DNA of 54,408 nucleotides from a virus. Lineage: Duplodnaviria; Caudoviricetes. The translations under genes and the position numbers were made by a program. Positions 1 through 8,788 of this stretch are shown here, one piece after another. The stretch lies in IMG/VR virus record IMGVR_UViG_3300021424_000044, positions 1-54,408 of that record. The stretch is one strand, 5' to 3'. The notes beneath the pieces were generated by a model, which saw only the letters and a list, made by a program, of their open reading frames with translations, had not been told where the DNA came from and ran no database searches. The first letter of the stretch is position 1. Every line of letters begins with the position of its first letter.

Positions 1-29
1 GTAATTGGAACTGTAAATTTTTGTGCCAC
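1..29 (-). CDS. 5' end of a gene running off the window (MAQKFTVPI...), probable tail fibre-like protein
   Basis: GTG at 29-27 with a GAGG-containing upstream sequence. The N-terminus MAQKF is identical to that of the upstream 431-aa gene. Not in the ORF track. Confidence 0.55.
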
Positions 30-81
30 GACCTCAATCGCTTTCGGTTTCTTCTGATTGACCCCTCAAGGTCAATGTTTG

Positions 82-1377
82 TTAACCAGTTACAACCACC
101 GTGTACGCGTCTGTGGCGGGTGCGGTAGCGAAAGTTACAGTCGCCGTGTTGACGCTGGTTCTTGCCACGTCCGCAAAGACAGTATCGTATGGAGAATTTG
201 TCTCAACAACCTGAATCGTCAGATTCCTTGTGTTCAGGTTGTGGGTTATGGTAAACGAAGCAGATGAGTTGTTGCCAATCGTTTGAGTTACGACGCGAGC
301 CAACGAAGGAACGGATGTTGACCTCGTGCCAGCATCACCGCCTGCGGCGAGGTTTGTTCTTGCGTCCGCTTCCGACGATGCGTTGGTACCACCATGTTCA
401 ATACCGACATCTGTGGCAGACCACGTGCCAGTAGTGATTGTCCCAAGAGTCGTGATTGTTGATTGACCGACGTAGGTGGCGGCGATGTCGACCGCGTCTG
501 CGGTGACCGTAATTCTGTTCGCAGTCCCAACGACGTTGATGGTGTTGCCATCCTTGACCAAACCATCACCAGAAGTAAACGAACCAGTACCAGAGAATTG
601 CGTCCAGTTAATTGCATCGGTGCCGACAGTAAGCGGTCCATTGGATGAAATGGCAAATCCGTGGTCTGCGTTCGTGGTACCTTCTTCAACGAACGTGAAT
701 GTGCCGCCCGAAAGTTCGCCAGTGTCCGCGGTTCCGTTGGCGTCGGACGAACGGGAAGCGGCACCAGCCGCAACGGCGACGTAGATGCCGTTCTCGGATG
801 CGGTGCTTTGGTTCTTGACGAGGACTCTGTCGCCAGCGACGAGAGTTACTCCGTCAATTACGTCGCCAGCCTGAAGGTCCTCGGCGATATTAATCGCCGC
901 AGTTGTCGCGACGCGCACCGACTTCTTGACATCGAGACCCTGGCGGGCAGCGTCAACGTAAGACTTGTTGGCGGCGTGGGTGTCCTGTGTCGGGGTGCCG
1001 ACATGAATCCTTCCGCTACCATCACGTTTGGCGAGTGTGCCGCCAGTTGCGTCCGCTGTTGCGGCGGTTAGGTCGTTGAAATGCGCGGCGGTTAGCAAGC
1101 CCGCATCGTCAACATCGGCAAGATTAAGTTGTAGAGTTACCGCACCAGAACCTTGCGTAACGGTAAGCGCCGTCGCATTCGCTCCAACCGACGAAACGGA
1201 GTACACCATTCGGCGCCATTCTGAACCCGAATAGACCTTGATGGTGTCTTCGGTTGAGTTATAGATGAGGCGACCCTCAAAATTGCCCGAATTCGGGTCA
1301 TTGGCCAAAACTTCAAACGTGGCACTAATCAGTTGGTTCTGATTAAGGTTTAGATTCGTCAAGAACTTCTGAGCCAT
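82..1377 (-). CDS. Tail fibre / virion structural protein (431 aa)
   Basis: Thr/Gly/Ala-rich beta-type sequence. Contains the AANKSYVD motif and the GLDVKKSVRVATT...IDGVTLVAGDRVLVKNQ...ENGIYV block common in phage fibre proteins, with a C-terminal TITHNLNT domain. Lies downstream of the baseplate genes. Confidence 0.7.
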   Translation of the reverse strand: MAQKFLTNLNLNQNQLISATFEVLANDPNSGNFEGRLIYNSTEDTIKVYSGSEWRRMVYSVSSVGANATALTVTQGSGAVTLQLNLADVDDAGLLTAAHFNDLTAATADATGGTLAKRDGSGRIHVGTPTQDTHAANKSYVDAARQGLDVKKSVRVATTAAINIAEDLQAGDVIDGVTLVAGDRVLVKNQSTASENGIYVAVAAGAASRSSDANGTADTGELSGGTFTFVEEGTTNADHGFAISSNGPLTVGTDAINWTQFSGTGSFTSGDGLVKDGNTINVVGTANRITVTADAVDIAATYVGQSTITTLGTITTGTWSATDVGIEHGGTNASSEADARTNLAAGGDAGTRSTSVPSLARVVTQTIGNNSSASFTITHNLNTRNLTIQVVETNSPYDTVFADVARTSVNTATVTFATAPATDAYTVVVTG

Positions 1378-1385
1378 TGTTTACC

Positions 1386-1697
1386 TCACGTCAAATAGGC
1401 GTAACCCGAGAAGGGGGCCGAAAAGGTCACGACCACCTGAGAATTACTTAAATATTGTACTTCACCGTAAACCACCGTGTCTGCAGAATCCACAACAGTT
1501 ACCTGTGGCTTGCCGCCAAGCGTGTGGTTAATGGTCCATGTTGAGGAAACAGAAGCCTGTGTGTGGGTATGGCGATTCGTTAAAACGAATTGACCAGTCA
1601 GGCTTGTAAGTGTTACGAGATTTGGTGAGACATCGTCAACATTTACGTCAATTCTTTGTTCTTGAACGATGACTTGGTTTGGAACAGCGTTACTCAT
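1386..1697 (-). CDS. Small virion / fibre-associated protein (103 aa)
   Basis: The WTINHTLG..PQVTVVD...VVYGEV...VVVTFSAP domain resembles the C-terminus of the 431-aa protein. ATGA overlap with the upstream gene. Confidence 0.6.
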   Translation of the reverse strand: MSNAVPNQVIVQEQRIDVNVDDVSPNLVTLTSLTGQFVLTNRHTHTQASVSSTWTINHTLGGKPQVTVVDSADTVVYGEVQYLSNSQVVVTFSAPFSGYAYLT

Positions 1698-2068
1698 CTG
1701 GTCACCTCAGGTGACAAAGTAAAATTACCTTGCAGTATTCTGCTGACGATTCCATTTGATGCAACGATTTCTAAATCATAAACACCAGAACTTTCTATTG
1801 CCGAGGTATCGGCAGCGGTGATATTCAGTTCAATAATTCCTGTCGCACCGCCAAGTAAGATTCGTCCGTTTTCTGTGGTGAGTGAAATAAGAGTCGTGCT
1901 TGATTCAACTGTTCTTCGTACCTGCATTCTTGCCGTATAGCCAGTGAGATTCCACGGTAGATATGTCGGGTCTGCTGGCGGTGTCGAAGGGTCTGGATAC
2001 TTGAACGTGAGCGTGCGACCAAATGTCGCGCCCGCCTGACAAGTTATGTTGTAAATACCAGCAAGCAT
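1694..2068 (-). CDS. Conserved phage virion protein, Ig-like baseplate/fibre-anchor type (124 aa)
   Basis: YNITCQAGATF...WNLTGYTARMQVR...GVYDLEI...RILQGNF pattern typical of tail-associated phage proteins. AGGAG RBS. Confidence 0.65.
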   Translation of the reverse strand: MLAGIYNITCQAGATFGRTLTFKYPDPSTPPADPTYLPWNLTGYTARMQVRRTVESSTTLISLTTENGRILLGGATGIIELNITAADTSAIESSGVYDLEIVASNGIVSRILQGNFTLSPEVTR

Positions 2069-2133
2069 CGACGCGCGCTCCTAATCACTTCGTCCAATTG
2101 TAGATTACGCGCCCAACAAATTGCGGGCAGTAA

Positions 2134-2349
2134 TTACAAGACGCTTGCTGATTCCTTGTTCTTACCGACCTTCTTTAGGCCCATTGACATGGCAACCGAC
2201 AAAGCAACGGCGACGACGCCGACTTTCAAGTTGTCTGTCGATACCAGACCGTCAAAGTCTGCACCAGTGGCAAGCCACGCACCCAAGTAACCCTGAAGAA
2301 ACGTGCGCGCCGCCCTTTCAGCAACATCCTTAACGAATGAGGTAGCCAT
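2134..2349 (-). CDS. Holin, r1t-like (71 aa)
   Basis: FVKDVAERAARTFLQ signature, two hydrophobic segments, basic C-terminus. AAGGAGG RBS. Confidence 0.75.
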   Translation of the reverse strand: MATSFVKDVAERAARTFLQGYLGAWLATGADFDGLVSTDNLKVGVVAVALSVAMSMGLKKVGKNKESASVL

Positions 2350-2372
2350 AAACCCTCCTTATGGTCATATCA

Positions 2373-2381
2373 ATTTTACCA
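2373..2381 (-). promoter_or_regulatory. Extended -10 promoter (TGG-TAAAAT) for the holin/fibre genes
   Basis: TGnTAAAAT in the short intergenic gap, followed by an AAGGAGG RBS. The identical 9-mer occurs at 19131-19139. Confidence 0.55.
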
Positions 2382-2382
2382 G

Positions 2383-3594
2383 TTATGCAAGCGGAGCGGT
2401 GTTGAGTAGACCATAAGTTGGGTCATCAAGAATCAATGGCAATTCGTTGTAGGCTTCGTGGTTCAACACGAAACCCATCGGCTTGGTTTTCTCAATTATG
2501 GCGACAACTTCTGGTGAGGTATCTCCGTTCTGGGAAACGCCAGGCGTTTCTGACAAGAGCGTGTAAACGTTTATTTGAAAGAACTGTCCACCTGGGAAGA
2601 CCAGAACGATTTTTTCTCCACTCAAAACCTGTTTTGTGCATTCTTTGATTGCCTCAAGTGTTCCAGCATTGCGACCAAAATAAGCGTTCTCCAATTGCCA
2701 CGTTGTGAAGGTGTCAACGTTGCCAATTGATTCAACTCCCGCTGCTGTTGCAACACTTCTGAATAGTGGGGCGCCGTTGAATTGAGACAACCAATCCACA
2801 TAGTCTGCATCTACGTATGATGGATTCATTAATTGACTGTATCGCCAACTTTCATTACTGTTTGCTATTGATATGTCATTGTTTAAGTATTGATAAAACT
2901 TCGTATAAAGTTTTGCCGCAAGTGAGCCAGTGTGTGTAAAAGAATGAAAAAGTTTAGTAAATGGATAATTTGGGTATTCTTGAACTTTGTCTTTGTCCCA
3001 TATGAAAGTGGGCAAAAATTTTCGCATATTGTAAACAAAAAAGTTTTTTGACCATCCAACCTCATTTATGATGTGCGGCATAGACATATAAATTGGGTCT
3101 GTAAGTTGATACTGAATCGTTAGGGAAATCGCAAATTGAATAGTGTCTGCGGAAGTATCAATGTCACCAACTTCTATGACAGGACTAAAAACGACATTCC
3201 ATTGATTTGAAATTAGTTCTTGAGTGTGAGAAACAGATGTTCCCTTAGTCACGTTGGTGAGTGTTGCAGTTACCATGGCTTGCTGCCCAGACATAGATGA
3301 TTGTCTGGATGGATACATTTGGCAGTGAAATTGAGCCTTTCTGTTATTAATGTCTTCATCTGGTGGCACCACGCTAGAAAGCGAGCACGTCATCGACGAT
3401 GTCGTGGTCGGAGTGAGTTTTAGGGAATAATACAGTCCATCTATTATTGTGTCGCCAACTACCGAACGTGTTGAGTTTGTCGATGTCCACGAATGAGAAT
3501 ATGTTTCTGGAGATAAAACATTCCCGTTAGCAGAAAACTTGTAAAACTTATTCGCAATGGGAATTATGTTGCGTGTTGGATTGGATAAGTCCAT
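2383..3594 (-). CDS. Baseplate wedge protein, P2 gpI-like C-terminal domain (403 aa)
   Basis: DADYVDWLSQFNG...GRNAGTLEAIKECTKQVL...IEKTKPMG motifs. Directly follows baseplate J. Confidence 0.65.
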   Translation of the reverse strand: MDLSNPTRNIIPIANKFYKFSANGNVLSPETYSHSWTSTNSTRSVVGDTIIDGLYYSLKLTPTTTSSMTCSLSSVVPPDEDINNRKAQFHCQMYPSRQSSMSGQQAMVTATLTNVTKGTSVSHTQELISNQWNVVFSPVIEVGDIDTSADTIQFAISLTIQYQLTDPIYMSMPHIINEVGWSKNFFVYNMRKFLPTFIWDKDKVQEYPNYPFTKLFHSFTHTGSLAAKLYTKFYQYLNNDISIANSNESWRYSQLMNPSYVDADYVDWLSQFNGAPLFRSVATAAGVESIGNVDTFTTWQLENAYFGRNAGTLEAIKECTKQVLSGEKIVLVFPGGQFFQINVYTLLSETPGVSQNGDTSPEVVAIIEKTKPMGFVLNHEAYNELPLILDDPTYGLLNTAPLA

Positions 3595-3597
3595 AAA

Positions 3598-5037
3598 TCA
3601 AACTGATGCAGACTGCATTGTCAGCACGACTCGTTGTTCGCTTAATTTCAACAAACTTCCTTTTTTGGAAAAGAGAAAGTCATTTCCGCTTGCCGCTCCC
3701 CAGGGTGTCAACGTTACGGTTGCCGAGCCCCCAGAAGAATATGTTCCGCTGGCACTTGCGTTTACAACTTTAAATGTTGTGGCAGTTCGTTCTGTTATTA
3801 CCGTTGACGTGCTGTTGAGTCCAGATGGGGTTATCCCGCTTACAGTTACGGTGTCTCCGACGGCAAAAGTGTTTGCTGCGGTGTATGTTACGGTCTGAGA
3901 CGCACCAGCACCCTCTCGTACGGCGTTTGTTACAGAAGCAGAATCTGTAATTGCAAGACTCAACGAACTCACTGATTTTGCAAATGAATGATTTAAAATA
4001 AATTTAAGAACTGTGTTGTATCTAAGTCTATCTTCATCAAAATCTGAGAATTCTGGAGAAAAGAATCTAACCAAATTTGTGGTCAGCGCCTCTGTTATTT
4101 CGGAAACATCAAACGTCGAATAGTATTGAATCGTTGCGGTTATTTTAAAATCAAGAAGATATGGGTCAACTGTTCCAATATCCATTCCAGCAACAGAACG
4201 CAAAGCAACGGCACTTGTTATGGTGTTTTTTTCAGATTCGGTTAAAAGTCTTTGCGGTCCATAAGCAAACAAAGTTGCATGTCCAGCAACAGCGGCGTCA
4301 GCAACTCCAAAACTTCCATCTTTGTCTGTTAGGTCGTACGTTTTACACCTCGAAATTAAAGTTGGGTTTTCAACCAAAACGTAATTTTGGACTTGTCTTG
4401 CCGTTACGAGCGCGGATGTCATTGTAGATAAATTTGCAACGCCCCTTTCTAGAAAAATATCAAGCGGTTCTGCGTCTTGCCCCTGAACAAAACTCCCAGC
4501 AGCAACCGCAGAAAGTACGTCTGGTTTATAGGAGAGGATTGACAAATTCGTAGATGACGGAATGACTGGAATCGTTCCAATGTTTGTGCAGGTGCAGGTA
4601 ACGGAACCAGTTGGCAGTGGGTCACCTTCTGTATTCGCTGCTATTTCAAGTAGTGTATTTGTTTCAAATGTATATTGAATTTCCAAATCGTCATCTTGAA
4701 TCAAATAAGAAACTATTGTTCCTGCGGGAATGGTAGCGCCATCATTTGTGTTTGCCGTAAAGGTGACACTCATTGTTGCTCTTGTGCCATCGTTGTATGG
4801 CGTTCCAAGCATCTTTATTGCGCCCAAAAACAAAGAATCTGGCAATCTATTGATGGCACCAATGTTTAATGCAGACATGTAGGCAAAAGCCTGAAACATC
4901 GCATCCTCGATTGTCCCCACCCGTAGTTCAAATCCAGGAACAACTGTTTTGGCAACTTCTATTGCGTCAAGATAAACCTGCGTTGGAGAAATATCAAGCG
5001 GTGTTAGGTCGACGTATTGGCGAAAATCTGCTGACAT
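3598..5037 (-). CDS. Baseplate J-like wedge protein (479 aa) with an inserted small beta-barrel domain
   Basis: TIPAGT motif, G.G...QGQDAEP pattern and gene position. Confidence 0.8.
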   Translation of the reverse strand: MSADFRQYVDLTPLDISPTQVYLDAIEVAKTVVPGFELRVGTIEDAMFQAFAYMSALNIGAINRLPDSLFLGAIKMLGTPYNDGTRATMSVTFTANTNDGATIPAGTIVSYLIQDDDLEIQYTFETNTLLEIAANTEGDPLPTGSVTCTCTNIGTIPVIPSSTNLSILSYKPDVLSAVAAGSFVQGQDAEPLDIFLERGVANLSTMTSALVTARQVQNYVLVENPTLISRCKTYDLTDKDGSFGVADAAVAGHATLFAYGPQRLLTESEKNTITSAVALRSVAGMDIGTVDPYLLDFKITATIQYYSTFDVSEITEALTTNLVRFFSPEFSDFDEDRLRYNTVLKFILNHSFAKSVSSLSLAITDSASVTNAVREGAGASQTVTYTAANTFAVGDTVTVSGITPSGLNSTSTVITERTATTFKVVNASASGTYSSGGSATVTLTPWGAASGNDFLFSKKGSLLKLSEQRVVLTMQSASV

Positions 5038-5042
5038 GAGTG

Positions 5043-5342
5043 CTACCTATTGTAAACGAATTTGACACTGGTAACGCCAGAATCATCTGTTGCAGTGGAA
5101 CTTATGCCTTCTATGCGTATTTCTGGAATGAACTTATTTGCGACAATCATTAACTGCTCTGGCGAAACTGTTGAGAAACTTGGGTCGGCGACACCGAAAT
5201 CGGGAGTGAATGGAAAAACAAAGGGTTCAGTCAATAAGCAAATACTCAACAATTGCTTAATATAATCGTCTGTACCGTCACGTAGGCGCACCATGCTTCT
5301 GGTGTCGTTTGAAAACGTTATTGGAAATTTTAATGCATCCAT
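5043..5342 (-). CDS. Baseplate gp25/gpW-like protein (99 aa)
   Basis: LLTEP...PFTPDFGVADP motif, size, and position before baseplate J. Confidence 0.7.
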   Translation of the reverse strand: MDALKFPITFSNDTRSMVRLRDGTDDYIKQLLSICLLTEPFVFPFTPDFGVADPSFSTVSPEQLMIVANKFIPEIRIEGISSTATDDSGVTSVKFVYNR

Positions 5343-5350
5343 AAATTCTC

Positions 5351-5761
5351 CTATGTAGTTGGCTGCTTAAACGAGGACAGATTAATGGCGGGTAGTGGCG
5401 GCACCAATTTTGCCCGCACGGTGTTTAATTCTGTTGTCAACTGGTCAATTAGCGCGTTATATATGAGAACATCAGTAAATACATCGATTCGTTTATTTAG
5501 TGGTCCAATCACGTGTATCTGTTGGGTTTGATTATCAATAAAAGTGCAAAGAACAACATCTCCCTTTTTTAATGTGTTTGTTTTAGTGTTATTGACATAA
5601 TCAACCCGATTGAAAGTGCATCCAAGTTGTTCAACAAATATTGTTGGTCTATTATTGGCAAAAGATTTTACGACACCCTTGTAGACTCCTCCGCCAATCA
5701 ATGGGTGAGAGGACCCTTTAACCCTATTTATTTGATTTTTTCTTGTCTTGTCATTAGGCAT
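5351..5761 (-). CDS. Putative baseplate spike (gpV-like OB-fold N-terminus, 136 aa)
   Basis: GVYKGVV...KKGDVVLCTF pattern. Position between hub and gp25-like genes. Confidence 0.55.
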   Translation of the reverse strand: MPNDKTRKNQINRVKGSSHPLIGGGVYKGVVKSFANNRPTIFVEQLGCTFNRVDYVNNTKTNTLKKGDVVLCTFIDNQTQQIHVIGPLNKRIDVFTDVLIYNALIDQLTTELNTVRAKLVPPLPAINLSSFKQPTT

Positions 5762-5763
5762 GT

Positions 5764-6981
5764 CTAACTCTTTCCTTTATAGTTTTTGTTTGTCTGGTCA
5801 CCAAGTAAGTTCGTTATCGTCAACCAGTCAACCGACCCAGGGTAAATTTGCCCAATCGCTATTTGTTTTATCTTTTTTTCCTGTCTTGGTGGAGTGGCAA
5901 ATCTTACATTTACTGGGTCTGCCACCAATTCCTCATAATCGACTTCAGTTATCAGAAAATCATCCGTAAACCATGGTATGTCACCAACATTAACCGTCAT
6001 CCCTGGTCTTAACCTTACGCCATTTGTTCTCTCGACTATACACGAGCCATCTCCCTCCATCGGGTCATTTTCTGCTTTGTGCATCGATGGCAAGCCGAGC
6101 AATTTAAATCTTTGGTCAATCGCTCCGTTTATTGTTTTTGAAGGATAATGCAAGTAGGTGACATATCTTGTCACTTCTTTATTTGCTTTTGCTTTTTTAT
6201 CATAATACGAATGTTTATATGCGTCATGCCCCCATTTGTACATAAGCCATTGCTGAGTACCAAAATAAAGGGTTCCATCTGACTCAAATAAAACAAATGG
6301 ATTTTTGTTTTCGTCTTTTGATTCTCCAGCCAATCTTTCCAAAACAGTCCACAATGAATCGGCAACGTTGTCCCCGCTTGCTTGTGTTATTTGTCTTGAT
6401 GTTGATGTTTGTTGGGCTATGCAGCCCAACCCATATTTTTTTGCTGCATTTCTAACAAAATCACTCCCAGTTCCTTGTACGACTCCAGGATTTTTGTCCC
6501 TTTTCATTTGCTGGATTGCTTTTGTGTAGCACTGCACTCTCACCGTCGGTGATGCGCCTTCAGACTGCTCTACTGTCACGTCTGCTATTTCTAAAAAATA
6601 AGCCATATATTTATTGTTTACTTCCGCTGCAGCATCCGTAGAAAACCCACCATTTGAAACTCCAGAACCAGACTTAATGTCGTATGTCTTGTGACTTCTG
6701 TAAACAAGGGTCTGTCCAACTTGAAAATAATTTTGTAAAGTCAATTCAAGGCCAGGGTCTATTACGGAAAAAGTCACCGCAGTCGCTGCAGAAATTGAAT
6801 AACTAACGCTTATACTCAAAATTTGAGAATTAAGTTTTGTCAAAAATGGAGGCTTAGTAGATGTGCTGTCTCCCACAAAAACCAAAGGGACATCTCTAGC
6901 CGACCCCTGTATGGGGTTGGGGTCTAATTTTAAAGACTTCCCATCTGGAAGGCTTGGATAGTCGACTTCTGTGTTGCTCAT
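5764..6981 (-). CDS. Baseplate hub / gpD-like tail protein (405 aa)
   Basis: SLWTVLERLA...LFESDGTLYF and LRPGMTVNV...FLITEV motifs, plus position. Confidence 0.65.
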   Translation of the reverse strand: MSNTEVDYPSLPDGKSLKLDPNPIQGSARDVPLVFVGDSTSTKPPFLTKLNSQILSISVSYSISAATAVTFSVIDPGLELTLQNYFQVGQTLVYRSHKTYDIKSGSGVSNGGFSTDAAAEVNNKYMAYFLEIADVTVEQSEGASPTVRVQCYTKAIQQMKRDKNPGVVQGTGSDFVRNAAKKYGLGCIAQQTSTSRQITQASGDNVADSLWTVLERLAGESKDENKNPFVLFESDGTLYFGTQQWLMYKWGHDAYKHSYYDKKAKANKEVTRYVTYLHYPSKTINGAIDQRFKLLGLPSMHKAENDPMEGDGSCIVERTNGVRLRPGMTVNVGDIPWFTDDFLITEVDYEELVADPVNVRFATPPRQEKKIKQIAIGQIYPGSVDWLTITNLLGDQTNKNYKGKS

Positions 6982-8783
6982 GGTGTCGCGTATACAACTT
7001 GAGGATTGGGTTGTGATGTCAGGGATTCTTCGGCCAGACCAACCTCGGCTTCTGGCTTGTCTTTTTCTTTTTCTTTTGGCGTGATGGGTTTGTGTCTTAG
7101 AACTGGCATCCCAATTATTTCTTGTTTTTCGACTGGAATCTCCTGCAGCGTAATCTGCGCAGTTGCTCGAGTTATTTCTAATCGTACGTTTCTTCTTTGT
7201 GCGGTAATTGATAAATCTTGAATGACAAATTGAACTCCTCGCGGAGAACCAGTTTCGTCATACCTAAATTGATTTGTCAAAAGTTTGTCAAGACCGTAAA
7301 ACATTACTGGGAAAGGGGTCTGAGCCATCCTTTGCAATTTCTCAATCTGTTCAGTCACTGGTGCTTCGAGTCCGTCTCCAGTTGCTGGTCCTCCAGTGGC
7401 TACTCTGCCAGGTGACGTGTTTTTTGCAATTAAAAAATTAAATGACACTTGCAACAACCTAAACGCTTTCCAGTCAACAAAAGGGAAACCGCCAGTTCTG
7501 TCGATTTGCACCCATTCACCACCAAAACCACTATAAGAAATCTCGCTTGGGGCAAAATCAAAAGAATAATCATTAATGATTGGCTTTACGGCAACTCCGT
7601 TTTCATTGACCGTTCTTGGGTACACCTGATACATAATTGGCGTTCCCTGTGAAAAAACAATATTTTGCTCTGATAGCGCCCTACCAACGTCGCCAGACGA
7701 TAAAAATATTCCCCTGCTTCTACCGACAGTTATTGTCTGTGTAACTCCAGAACGATACCCTTCTGGACCAAGCCATTTTGTTCCATTCGGAGCAGTTGCA
7801 CCGCCACTACTCGAGCCACCGCCACCACCCGAGCCGCCGCCACCACCACCCGAGCCGCCACCGCCACCCGAGCCGCCACCGCCTGTGCCAGGGTCAACAC
7901 CCGCGCGATTTTGTAAATCATATAATGTTTTTCCAGCAGTTTTCCTAATTATCCCAATTGCTGCAGGGGAGTATCCCCTGTCAGTTAATTCCCTTATTAC
8001 ATTTTCTTGACCCATTTGTTTTGCGATTGTGTCCCATAAACCAACGTAACTGTCTGGATAAATAACACCCTCAAACAAAAATCCGCCCTTGGTTCCAGTT
8101 GATAACTCGAGCAAACCAGAACCTTGAAACTGTTTGTCAAATTGAAAATATCTTGGAAATGCCGCTTGCAATTCCTCAATTGTGGTTATTTTTTTGGTTT
8201 GTATTTTTCCATCCGCGGTTCTTTGATTTACGTATATCGCCTTTGGGTCAGCATTTGCTCCTCCGACTTTTCTTGCGTAATCAACATAGGTATTCCACGC
8301 AGTAAGTATTTCCTGAACTGTCGTATTTGCTTTTAAAACGTTGGTATTTTCGGCGCCAACATACCAGCCAACCCCAGTGTTGGTTAGGGTTCCATAAACT
8401 TGATTTCTTTGGGTAAGTTTTGGTTGCTCCATTGTCGCATCAAATGTTGCAGAAAAAACACTATTTATAAATGACCCTGGAAGTGGTTGACTTAGAACTG
8501 GGTCTTTCCCGCACCATAGGGTCGGCAAGTTTTCATTCCCAACTGAATGAATCATTGGACAACTATTGGTATTTACGGACCCGACTGGAGGAACGCCGTT
8601 TAGGAAATATATGTCTTCATTAATTCGCTTCTTATTGGAATCCAATTTGAACCAAACTATAGGATTTGCCCCAAGTGATGGATATTTTCTTTTATAAGAA
8701 CTTTTAACATTTACACACTGCAAATCTGTTTCCATATACGTAATTGAGCCAACAACATAGGAACGTGGAACACCAAGAGGCAT
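6978..8783 (-). CDS. Tail tube initiator / baseplate protein with N-terminal extension (601 aa)
   Basis: C-terminal FDFAPSEISYS...WVQIDRTG...LQVSFNF...FVIQDLSIT...AQITLQE resembles tube-initiator proteins. Directly follows the tape measure gene. Internal Gly/Ser linker. Confidence 0.55.
   Translation of the reverse strand: MPLGVPRSYVVGSITYMETDLQCVNVKSSYKRKYPSLGANPIVWFKLDSNKKRINEDIYFLNGVPPVGSVNTNSCPMIHSVGNENLPTLWCGKDPVLSQPLPGSFINSVFSATFDATMEQPKLTQRNQVYGTLTNTGVGWYVGAENTNVLKANTTVQEILTAWNTYVDYARKVGGANADPKAIYVNQRTADGKIQTKKITTIEELQAAFPRYFQFDKQFQGSGLLELSTGTKGGFLFEGVIYPDSYVGLWDTIAKQMGQENVIRELTDRGYSPAAIGIIRKTAGKTLYDLQNRAGVDPGTGGGGSGGGGGSGGGGGGSGGGGGSSSGGATAPNGTKWLGPEGYRSGVTQTITVGRSRGIFLSSGDVGRALSEQNIVFSQGTPIMYQVYPRTVNENGVAVKPIINDYSFDFAPSEISYSGFGGEWVQIDRTGGFPFVDWKAFRLLQVSFNFLIAKNTSPGRVATGGPATGDGLEAPVTEQIEKLQRMAQTPFPVMFYGLDKLLTNQFRYDETGSPRGVQFVIQDLSITAQRRNVRLEITRATAQITLQEIPVEKQEIIGMPVLRHKPITPKEKEKDKPEAEVGLAEESLTSQPNPQVVYATP
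7798..7883 (-). repeat. (Gly4-6-Ser)n linker-coding repeat
   Basis: Imperfect tandem repeats of cgagccgccacc(gcca/acca)cc encoding GGGGSGGGGGSGGGGGGSGGGGGSSSGG. Confidence 0.9.
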
Positions 8784-8788
8784 AACCG

